Of a stretch of 64,000 nucleotides of DNA, positions 48,218 to 55,426 are shown piece by piece. Where the stretch lies: NCBI GenBank assembly GCA_963677295.1, contig OY781931.1. One strand, written 5' to 3'. The translations under genes and the position numbers were made by a program. The notes under the pieces are model-generated. The model was not told the origin of the DNA. It made no database searches and saw only the letters and a program-made list of their open reading frames with translations. Source of the stretch: Maridesulfovibrio sp. Its GTDB lineage: Bacteria; Desulfobacterota; Desulfovibrionia; Desulfovibrionales; Desulfovibrionaceae. How positions within the stretch are numbered: position 1 is the stretch's first letter; every line of letters starts with the position of its first letter.

Positions 48218-49470
48218 TGTTCATCAACAATAAGCCATTTCCCGTTGACTGGGCGAATGACTAACTTCTTTCTACCAAAGTCGCTGTAACCAGAAATATC
48301 TGAATATGCTTGGTTAAAATCAACTTCCAATCCACCGGGATTCTCTTTTAGTCTAACGTTACTAAATTCTATTGTTGAAGGCTTTCGATCTTTCCAGATA
48401 GCTTCTTTATGTTCTTTTACCCTGCTAATCCCGCGTATGTTTCCTTGCCTTACTTTAGAATCATACATTTCAGAGTATTTATCTAAATTAGCAGAAAGCC
48501 ATGACAAACGCCATTCGTCGAGAAAAGCTAACACACTTTTCTTTTTCGATTCAAGGTAGTCATCTTTAAAAGAACGAGAGGCAGGGCCGTACTCTCGCCC
48601 GACAATTTTCCAATTTCCATCAATTTTCTGCCAGTATAATCTTTTGGCTGTAGAAGATGAAAGACTTCCTGATCTGTAGTATTGATCAAACCACGTAACC
48701 CAGTAATCAGGACCGGGCAAAGCGTTGATATTAAAAACTGAAACATCAATCCATGATGTTTTAGAAAAAATTCTTTTTTTACGATTTTTGAAAAAATTAA
48801 AAGACTTACCTTCACTTTTACTGAATAATTCACTGGAATAAGCATCAAAAAATCCGGCATCTTTATTTGACCAGTCTGCGGCCCATTTCTCAACAAGTTT
48901 TTTTAGTTCAGCGGATTCAGCGGTCTGCTCTCCTGTTGCATTTCCCCATGAAACAGACTCACCGATGAGAACAGGAGTGCCTGAGTGTATTTTGGAATCA
49001 ATAAAATTTATATCAGAATTATTAAGAGCGACACAGCCTTGTGTATCCATTGCAACTAATTGCTTGCCGCGCCCGTGTATCCAGATTCCATATCCAGTCT
49101 TACCTTTAATGCGATCGACCGGATTAGGAAAATCAAGAGGAAAGGCCATGTCTCCATATAGTTCAAAATCATCAAGGTCGGTGCGCTTTCTCTTGGTAAA
49201 ATATACCCCCTCCGGAGTTTTCTTATCACCCTCAACCTCTTTATCTCCGGCAATTTTACCCGTAGCGCAGGTAAGAGTCGCTTCGACATGAAGTGGACTT
49301 TTGTGCACAAGAAGATGAAGTTTCTGATTCCCTTTATCAACAGCTACAATCATTCCGGGAATAAGCGATGTACTTTCCACCACCGGAGTCCAACCTCCGG
49401 CAAAGCAATTAGAGGCCAGACTCGCGCTGACTATAATAGATACAAATAATATTCTAAAAAAATACATCAT
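48202..49470 (-). CDS. YkuD-family L,D-transpeptidase/carboxypeptidase with two C-terminal NTF2/SnoaL-like segments (Csd6/Pgp2-like layout)
   Basis: 422 aa with a signal peptide. YkuD catalytic motif YGIWIHGRGK...TQGCVALNNSDI, then two repeats resembling NTF2-like domains (LVEKWAADWSNKD...GNWKIVGRE and FLDEWRLSWLSANLDKY...GKWLIVDEQW). Confidence 0.65.
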   Translation of the reverse strand: MMYFFRILFVSIIVSASLASNCFAGGWTPVVESTSLIPGMIVAVDKGNQKLHLLVHKSPLHVEATLTCATGKIAGDKEVEGDKKTPEGVYFTKRKRTDLDDFELYGDMAFPLDFPNPVDRIKGKTGYGIWIHGRGKQLVAMDTQGCVALNNSDINFIDSKIHSGTPVLIGESVSWGNATGEQTAESAELKKLVEKWAADWSNKDAGFFDAYSSELFSKSEGKSFNFFKNRKKRIFSKTSWIDVSVFNINALPGPDYWVTWFDQYYRSGSLSSSTAKRLYWQKIDGNWKIVGREYGPASRSFKDDYLESKKKSVLAFLDEWRLSWLSANLDKYSEMYDSKVRQGNIRGISRVKEHKEAIWKDRKPSTIEFSNVRLKENPGGLEVDFNQAYSDISGYSDFGRKKLVIRPVNGKWLIVDEQWSGS

Positions 49471-49686
49471 ACAAAAGGTAAGGCTCCATGATTCGAGATA
49501 ACTGGAGTGGAAAACGCACCATTCACATAACTTAAAACTTAGTAACTAATGATCTTAAAAAATAAAACCATTAAATCAATAGTCTCTTACATTAAAAGTC
49601 TTCATGCATTGATAGATAGCATTGATTCATAACTTGAAGAAACTGTAAATCTTTTTTTCAACGATAACATGAAAAATACAGTCCTG

Positions 49687-49729
49687 CAAAAAAGACCACC
49701 CGACTTTGCACTATGATCAAAGCCGGGTG
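49687..49729 (-). terminator. rho-independent terminator after purB
   Basis: CACCCGACTTTG...CAAAGCCGGGTG 12-bp stem (1 mismatch), followed on the minus strand by TCTTTTTTG. Confidence 0.7.
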
Positions 49730-49758
49730 AATTATAATTCTAATTAAGCATATTCAAA

Positions 49759-51054
49759 TTATTCCCCAAAAACGCGTTTAAGAATGAACTCTTCATATCT
49801 GGTGTAATAATTTATATCGAAAGCATCATCAAGTACGCCTTCAGCAAGAATGGATTTAATTGCAGCATCCTTACGGACTTCATCAGGGAAGGAGACTTTA
49901 TTTTCCCAGCAATACATAGCAACCTTCTGCACCATTTCATAAGCCTTCTGTCTTTCAAGGCCAGAATCTACCAAAGCAAGCAAAACGCGCTGTGAATAGA
50001 AAAGACCGTAAGAAGCCATCAGATTGCGGTCCATATTGTCACCGTTGACTTTAAGCCTCTTAAGAACTCCGGTCATACGGCCTAAAATATAATCTGCAAT
50101 AATAGTTGAATCAGGCATTATGACACGTTCAACTGAAGAATGGCTGATATCGCGTTCATGCCACAAAGGCATATTTTCCATTGAAACAAGTCCGTTGGTG
50201 CGCAAAAGACGGGAAAGACCGCTGAGGTTTTCAGCAGAAATAGGATTCTTCTTGTGCGGCATAGCGGAAGAACCTTTCTGCCCTGCGCTGAATCCTTCTT
50301 CTACTTCAAGAACTTCAGTACGCTGCAAATGTCTAAGTTCTACGCCGAGACGCTCAATACCACCGCCGAGCAAACCTAAAGAGGTAAAAAATGCTGCATG
50401 GCGGTCACGCTGAATAATCTGAGTGGAGATAGGGTCTACGTTCAAATCAAGCAATTCACATGTGATGCGTTCAACTTCCGGATCAAGCATTGCGTAGGTT
50501 CCGACCGCTCCGGAAATCTTACCTACACTTACGCCTTCCAGTGCTTTTTCAATACGCTCACGGTGACGTGTGAATTCTGCATAGAATCCGGTCATCTTAA
50601 GACCGAAGCTGGTAGGCTCAGCATGAATACCGTGTGTACGGCCCATGCAGATTCTACCTTTATATTTAAATGCCATATCCTTAAGAGTAGCCAAAAATTC
50701 ATCAAGAGCTTCCAGAATCATCTTACCGGCACGGTGCAAAAGAACGCCGTTGGCGGTATCAACGATATCAGATGATGTACATCCTAGATGAATAAAGCGG
50801 GAAGAAGGTCCTACTTTTTCTTCTACAGCTGTAAGAAAAGCAATAACATCATGTTTTGTTTTTTCTTCAATTTCAAGAACGCGATCAAGTTCAAAATCAG
50901 CCTTCTCACGGATATTTTTCATATCCTCAGCAGGAATGCGTCCCAGTTTATGCCAAGCTTCGCAAACGGCAACTTCAACTTCAAGCCATACTCTGAAACG
51001 GTTTTCCAGAGTCCATATAGCACTCATCGCGGGGCGAGAATATCTTTCGATCAT
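49759..51054 (-). CDS. purB: adenylosuccinate lyase
   Basis: 431 aa with the fumarate-lyase signature GSSAMPHKKNP and a PurB-type N-terminus (MIERYSRPAMSAIW). Confidence 0.9.
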   Translation of the reverse strand: MIERYSRPAMSAIWTLENRFRVWLEVEVAVCEAWHKLGRIPAEDMKNIREKADFELDRVLEIEEKTKHDVIAFLTAVEEKVGPSSRFIHLGCTSSDIVDTANGVLLHRAGKMILEALDEFLATLKDMAFKYKGRICMGRTHGIHAEPTSFGLKMTGFYAEFTRHRERIEKALEGVSVGKISGAVGTYAMLDPEVERITCELLDLNVDPISTQIIQRDRHAAFFTSLGLLGGGIERLGVELRHLQRTEVLEVEEGFSAGQKGSSAMPHKKNPISAENLSGLSRLLRTNGLVSMENMPLWHERDISHSSVERVIMPDSTIIADYILGRMTGVLKRLKVNGDNMDRNLMASYGLFYSQRVLLALVDSGLERQKAYEMVQKVAMYCWENKVSFPDEVRKDAAIKSILAEGVLDDAFDINYYTRYEEFILKRVFGE

Positions 51055-51181
51055 TTTTTTTAATTCCGTTTTTTTGTTTTAAAACTATATTTAAAAAAAG
51101 GCCGACAGGCCCTGACTATATTATAACCAGCAGACTTAGACAATGGCAGAAGAATTAATCAGACTTAATGTGCAGTATAAC

Positions 51182-51215
51182 AAAAAAACAAACGGCCCGG
51201 TATATACCGGGCCGT
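51182..51215 (-). terminator. rho-independent terminator after the zinc-ribbon gene
   Basis: ACGGCCCGGT-atat-ACCGGGCCGT perfect 10-bp stem. The minus-strand tail is TTGTTTTTTTG. Confidence 0.75.
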
Positions 51216-51225
51216 CAGGCCGTAA

Positions 51226-51516
51226 TCAGCTTTTTGCTGTACTGTCAGAACTAGCGGAAGTAGAGACTGAAGAGGTAGATGCACCTGAATCACTGCTTAC
51301 AGATTTAGGTTTACCGGAACTTCCGGCAGTCGAATCTGTTTTGCAATATCCAGAAGAATACCACCCTCCGCCTTTAAGAATAAAAGAAGAATTTGAAATA
51401 ACCTTAGTAGCTAAACCGCCACACACAGGACATTCTAACTCTTTATCCTCAAAGCTTGTCTGCCACTCTTCAAAAATTTGCTGACACTCATGGCATTGAT
51501 ATTCATAAATCGGCAT
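51226..51516 (-). CDS. FmdB-family (CxxC_CxxC_SSSS) zinc-ribbon protein
   Basis: Start moved to ATG 51516 (GGAGGG RBS). MPIYEYQCHECQ...ELECPVCGG followed by a Ser-rich tail. Confidence 0.75.
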   Translation of the reverse strand: MPIYEYQCHECQQIFEEWQTSFEDKELECPVCGGLATKVISNSSFILKGGGWYSSGYCKTDSTAGSSGKPKSVSSDSGASTSSVSTSASSDSTAKS

Positions 51517-51657
51517 AGTTCCCTCCATCTAAAAAAAAGGCACCCGCCATACCTCGAAAGGCAGGCGGACCCATCCCCTGAAAAATGAGGGCATTACTGA
51601 CCATTCCGACTTCATGCTTAAAGCGGAAGCCGAAAAAAGAAAGTTCTACTTAAATGT

Positions 51658-51768
51658 TTATTTTTTTGCTGCTTTTGCTTCAGCTATGCGAGCTTTAACT
51701 CTTTGAGCTCTGCGGTGACGCTTACGCTGAAGTTCTTTCTTCCGTTCGATCTTTTTATGTCTACCCAT
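51658..51768 (-). CDS. unannotated 36-aa highly basic small protein
   Basis: Own translation: MGRHKKIERKKELQRKRHRRAQRVKARIAEAKAAKK. AGGAGG RBS 8 nt upstream of the ATG. It is below the ORF-track length cut-off. Confidence 0.45.
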   Translation of the reverse strand: MGRHKKIERKKELQRKRHRRAQRVKARIAEAKAAKK

Positions 51769-52061
51769 TTGGCATTCCTCCTAAATATAAGATTTCGCAC
51801 TTGCCGCACGATTAGTATGCTGCAAAGAATGTGGTATTACATCAAAAACATCGAGATTGTAAAGCGTTTGAATAAAACACCTACACACAACACAACATAC
51901 TAAAATAAATAGTTTTTTAAACAAAATATCCTTAAAAAGACACTGTAAATTTATTTTTCACAGGACTTTCCCCCTTGACTACCCCCCCTATCATGAACAT
52001 ATACAGTTCACTTCGCTGCCAATAAATATGGTCCAGCAAATTAATACTGCAAGGAGCCGCC

Positions 52062-52568
52062 ATGAAAAATAGAGCGTTTGATAAAGCTGTAGAAGATGTT
52101 TCCGAAGTATTCATGTTTGATCACTGGATGCGATTTTACTTCATCTTTGAAGAAGACAAAAAACTGATTGTAAGAGTTCCTAAGGAAGTTGTCAGTCAGG
52201 TTGAAAAAGAGTTTCCAACACTGCACGGACTGATAGAACTCACTAATAATGAAGAAATTGATCAGCAAAAATCAACTCAGAACGTCTGCTCTTTCATCGG
52301 AGCCCGCTTTGACGGTACTAAATACTCTGACAAAATTATCCCGAAAGTTTTCGATTCTAAAGAATTTAAGATTGAAACCTATCTATTCAATCTCTGGATT
52401 AAGGGGCATGAATCACATCTGGAATCTGAAGTTATGACTTTTGCAGAATGGAAAGAACTTTATGCAGGATGGAAAGATCTGGATGAAGTTAAAAATTATA
52501 TTTCCAGACTCAGTAAAGCTGGAAGCGGTGCTGTAATTCAACCACCGACCTGCACAACTGTGCAGTAA
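52062..52568 (+). CDS. hypothetical protein
   Basis: 168-aa ORF with AAGGAG RBS. Possible TTGACT-17-CATATA promoter at 51975-52003, with a terminator downstream. No recognisable motif. Confidence 0.45.
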   Translation: MKNRAFDKAVEDVSEVFMFDHWMRFYFIFEEDKKLIVRVPKEVVSQVEKEFPTLHGLIELTNNEEIDQQKSTQNVCSFIGARFDGTKYSDKIIPKVFDSKEFKIETYLFNLWIKGHESHLESEVMTFAEWKELYAGWKDLDEVKNYISRLSKAGSGAVIQPPTCTTVQ

Positions 52569-52593
52569 TTTTGCATATTGAATAATTAAACGA

Positions 52594-52627
52594 AAGGGAG
52601 TCTCAATCAGGGACTCCTTTTTTTAGG
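52594..52627 (+). terminator. rho-independent terminator
   Basis: GGAGTC-tcaatcagg-GACTCC followed by TTTTTTT. Confidence 0.6.
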
Positions 52628-52628
52628 T

Positions 52629-52739
52629 TCATCTCCCAATTCCGGGAAAGGCGGCTCTGATTTTAAGGAAAAAGTATTCGTCATCCATGAAGCCGTAGCC
52701 CATGCGTTTGATCACCTTGATTGAGGAAGTCTCTAACAT
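52629..52739 (-). pseudogene. C-terminal remnant of a transposase (ISL3-family-like)
   Basis: Own translation of the minus strand: ...MLETSSIKVIKRMGYGFMDDEYFFLKIRAAFPGIGR*. The IKVIKR-x-(A/G)YGF-x-D-x-EYFFLKI pattern is how I remember ISL3 (IS204/IS1001-type) transposase C-termini. The frame is closed by a stop about 47 codons upstream, so only a fragment remains. Confidence 0.4.
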
Positions 52740-52889
52740 GTCCAGCTTGAGCCCTCTCTGAAAAGCAATCGCCGTCAGCTAAGGCAGAGAGACTTCACAG
52801 CCCGGCTTCATTCCGGCTTGTGAGACATGTTGCGTCCTTCAACAAGCGCAAGTCAACCTCTCAGCAGGATTCCGACTGACGCACAGCCA

Positions 52890-53843
52890 TCAGTATCGGC
52901 GAGCCCAAACTTCCTTGGCACTCATCTCAACACCTTCCAGAATGATCGTGCTCTCCCCACATGTGATAAAGGTCTTGCCGCCTGCGGCTGCCACACTAAT
53001 ATCATCGATACTATTGGCTTCGACAAATCTAATCTTATCCGTATCGGGATTGAAATCGGTAATGGTATCCGTGCCGCTGTTATTGTCAAACACGAAGACA
53101 TCGCTTCCCTCTCCACCTGTAAGTGTGTCGTTACCGGCACCGCCAATCAAGATGTCGTTGCCTTCATCGCCAAACAGGATATCGTCTCCCTCATCTCCAC
53201 TAATATCATCGTTCCCCGTGCCGCCGTGCATTTCGTCGTCGCCCGAACCGCCTCCCATGGTGTCGTCACCGGCATCACCATACAGGGTATCTTCCCCCAC
53301 TTGTCCTTCCATCATGTCGTTGTCATCGCCGCCATGCATTTCGTCATCGCCAGAACCACCCCACATGGTGTCGTTGCCCGAACCGCCGTCCATGGAGTCA
53401 TCGCCGATATCGTCCTCGCCCAGCCCATAGCCGCCGTCCATGGAGTCGTTACCGGATCCGCCAAGCAAAGTGTCATTGCCAAAGCCACCCCACAGGGTGT
53501 CGTTGCCGTCGCCTCCATCAAGCTCGTCATTGAAAACCGCACCAGACCTTGCGCCAAAGAAATCGGCGAACTGAGCCCACAGGGAAGTGTCCCCCCCAAG
53601 CCTCTGATCTTCGCTGGAATTTTTGCCGCCGACCACGGTTTCCAATTCCGCATCACTGAGTTCTCCCTCAGGTGGCTCCAGCATTTCCCGCAACTTCTCC
53701 GGGGTGATGTCGAGACCGTGTTCATCAAGAATGGCAGATACAACCTCTCTCATTTCGGCAGGTGACTGCGCAGCCGCCAGTCTTGCGCGGACAGCCGGGT
53801 CCTCATACAGAGCCCGAAAGGTTTCCTGTGTGCTTTTCGTCAT
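52890..53843 (-). CDS. Nif11-type double-glycine leader fused to an RTX (GGxGxD) calcium-binding repeat protein, copy 1
   Basis: 317 aa. Residues 1-73 (...RLAAAQSPAEMREVVSAILDEHGLDITPEKLREML...ELSDAELETVVGG) match the Nif11/NHLP-style leader ending in GG. About 14 nonapeptide repeats follow (GGDGNDTLW, GGFGNDTLL, GGSGNDSMD ...), then a GSDVFVF...DTITDF tail. AAGGAG RBS. Confidence 0.75.
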   Translation of the reverse strand: MTKSTQETFRALYEDPAVRARLAAAQSPAEMREVVSAILDEHGLDITPEKLREMLEPPEGELSDAELETVVGGKNSSEDQRLGGDTSLWAQFADFFGARSGAVFNDELDGGDGNDTLWGGFGNDTLLGGSGNDSMDGGYGLGEDDIGDDSMDGGSGNDTMWGGSGDDEMHGGDDNDMMEGQVGEDTLYGDAGDDTMGGGSGDDEMHGGTGNDDISGDEGDDILFGDEGNDILIGGAGNDTLTGGEGSDVFVFDNNSGTDTITDFNPDTDKIRFVEANSIDDISVAAAGGKTFITCGESTIILEGVEMSAKEVWARRY

Positions 53844-53884
53844 GGCGTATTCTCCTTTGCGTTATATTTTATATAGCAAATGAT

Positions 53885-53912
53885 GCGTGACCACCAAAAA
53901 AGTTTCACGTGA
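53885..53912 (-). promoter_or_regulatory. conserved GTCACG direct repeat / TCACGTGA palindrome in the putative promoter of the RTX gene (same element at 55309-55336)
   Basis: Sense strand: GAGTCACGTGAAAC-N8-GGTGGTCACGCATCATTTGCTATATAAAATA. GTCACG occurs twice, 22 bp apart. Possible -35 TTGGTG, 17-bp spacer, -10 TATATA. Confidence 0.3.
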
Positions 53913-54066
53913 CTCAAATTAAGGGATCACTAATTAGAAATACCGCACGAACCTACATGCGCCGTCGCCGAAGGGAGATTAACTCGATCCAGACCTCGGG
54001 GTGCTTGCGTTCGTCACTTATTTCAGGGCGCTGTGTACGAACGCTAACGCCGCTTTTAATGAATGA

Positions 54067-54108
54067 AACAAAACGCCCGTCCAGGAATTCCCGGACGGGC
54101 GTTTTTCT
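54067..54108. terminator. strong bidirectional terminator in the 166-bp unique spacer between the two cassettes
   Basis: aaaACGCCCGTCC-aggaattccc-GGACGGGCGTttttt, 10-bp GC-rich stem, with T-runs on both strands. Confidence 0.8.
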
Positions 54109-54145
54109 TGGCCATGGTATTTGCAAACAAAACTCGTTTCGAAGC

Positions 54146-55403
54146 TGAGGAAGTCTCTAACATGTCCAGCTTGAGCCCTCTCTGAAAAGCAATCGCCGTC
54201 AGCTAAGGCAGAGAGACTTCACAGCCCGGCTTCATTCCGGCTTGTGAGACATGTTGCGTCCTTCAACAAGCGCAAGTCAACCTCTCAGCAGGATTCCGAC
54301 TGACGCACAGCCATCAGTATCGGTGAGCCCAAACTTCCTTGGCACTCATCTCAACACCTTCCAGAATGACCGTGCTCTCCCCACATGTGATAAAGGTCTT
54401 GCCGCCTCCGGCTACCACACTAATATCATCGATACTATTGGCGTCGCTAAATTGAATCCTATCCGTACCGAAATTGAAATCGGTAATGGTATCCGTGCCG
54501 CTGTTATTGCCAAACACGAAGACATCGCTTCCCTCTCCACCTGTAAGTGTGTCGTTACCGGCACCGCCAATCAAGGTGTCGTTGCCTTCATCGCCAAACA
54601 GGATATCGTCTCCCTCATCTCCACTAATATCATCGTTCCCCGTGCCGCCGTGCATTTCGTCGTCGTCCGAACCGCCCCACATGGTGTCGTGACCGGCATC
54701 ACCATACAGGGTATCTTCCCCCACTTCTCCTTCCATTCTGTCGTTGTCATCGCCGCCATGCATTTCGTCATCGCCAGAACCACCCCACATGGTGTCGTTG
54801 CCCGAACCGCCTTCCATGGAGTCATCGCCGATATCGTCCTCGCCCAGCCCATTGCCGCCTTCCATGGAGTCGTTACCGGATCCGCCAAGCAAAGTGTCAT
54901 TGCCAAAGCCACCAAACATGGTGTCGTTGCCGGCGCCTCCATCAAGCTCGTCATTGAAAACCGCACCAGACCTTGCGCCAAAGCAATAGGCGAACTGAGC
55001 CCACAGGGAAGTGTCCCCCCCAAGCCTCTGATCTTCGCTGGAATTTTTGCCGCCGACCACGGTTTCCAATTCCGCATCACTGAGTTCTCCCTCAGGTGGC
55101 TCCAGCATTTCCCGCAACTTCTCCGGGGTGATGTCGAGACCGTGTTCATCAAGAATGGCAGATACAACCTCTCTCATTTCGGCAGGTGACTGCGCAGCCG
55201 CCAGTCTTGCGCGGACAGCCGGGTCCTCATACAGAGCCCGAAAGGTTTCCTGTGTGCTTTTCGTCATGGCGTATTCTCCTTTGCGGTATATTTTATATAG
55301 CTAATGATGCGTGACCACCAGAATAGTTTCACGTGACTCAAATTAAGGGATCACTAATTAGAAATACCGCACGAACCTACATGCGCCGTCGCCGAAGGGA
55401 GAT
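54146..55403. repeat. copy 2 of the 1,258-bp duplicated cassette
   Basis: See copy 1. Confidence 0.9.
54314..55267 (-). CDS. Nif11-type double-glycine leader fused to an RTX calcium-binding repeat protein, copy 2
   Basis: 317 aa. Residues 1-93 are identical to copy 1, and 25 of the remaining 224 residues differ. Confidence 0.75.
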   Translation of the reverse strand: MTKSTQETFRALYEDPAVRARLAAAQSPAEMREVVSAILDEHGLDITPEKLREMLEPPEGELSDAELETVVGGKNSSEDQRLGGDTSLWAQFAYCFGARSGAVFNDELDGGAGNDTMFGGFGNDTLLGGSGNDSMEGGNGLGEDDIGDDSMEGGSGNDTMWGGSGDDEMHGGDDNDRMEGEVGEDTLYGDAGHDTMWGGSDDDEMHGGTGNDDISGDEGDDILFGDEGNDTLIGGAGNDTLTGGEGSDVFVFGNNSGTDTITDFNFGTDRIQFSDANSIDDISVVAGGGKTFITCGESTVILEGVEMSAKEVWAHRY

Positions 55404-55426
55404 GAACCTTTTTTTATGCCTTAATA

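Larger units (their letters stand above)
52722..53979. repeat. copy 1 of a 1,258-bp duplicated cassette (3' flank + RTX gene + promoter region)
   Basis: Aligns base for base with 54146-55403 at an offset of exactly 1,424 nt. The flank 52722-52889 and codons 1-93 are identical. About 31 substitutions fall in codons 94-317, plus about 5 in the upstream region. Confidence 0.9.

Noticed and set aside
51143-51484. 113-aa plus-strand ORF opposite the FmdB-type zinc-ribbon gene
   Set aside because: It is antisense to a gene with a clear family signature and RBS, and it spans that gene's terminator hairpin. It has no motif of its own.
52890-53564. Diversity-generating retroelement (template/variable repeat) as the cause of the copy-to-copy differences
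   Set aside because: The substitutions involve all four bases in both directions (c>t, t>c, g>c, g>a, t>g, a>c and others) rather than being adenine-specific. No reverse transcriptase or Avd-like gene is nearby.
52827-53765. Long plus-strand ORFs (312 aa at 52827-53765 and 54251-55189, plus several 70-200-aa ORFs in other frames) covering the RTX genes
   Set aside because: They are mirror-image ORFs of GC-rich, repeat-rich coding DNA. Their translations are low-complexity (V/A/I/T/P/S-rich) with no RBS. The minus-strand frame carries the recognisable leader, the GGxGxD repeats and an AAGGAG RBS.
53876-53893. Sigma-54-like TGGTCACGCATCATTTGC (minus strand) upstream of the RTX genes
   Set aside because: The GG and GC dinucleotides are about 3 nt further apart than in the TGGCAC-N5-TTGC consensus (GG-N13-GC instead of GG-N10-GC), which is incompatible with -24/-12 geometry. 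A sigma-70-type TTGGTG-17-TATATA reading fits better.
52890-55267. Lanthipeptide, thiazole/oxazole or other classical RiPP precursor interpretation of the Nif11-leader genes
   Set aside because: The post-leader region is 244 aa of regular RTX repeats with only one or two Cys. No modification enzyme gene is in the window. An exported folded protein is the more economical reading.
52722-55403. CRISPR array or other short-repeat array
   Set aside because: There are only two 1,258-bp copies containing a protein-coding gene, separated by 166 bp. There are no short direct repeats with unique spacers anywhere in the window.
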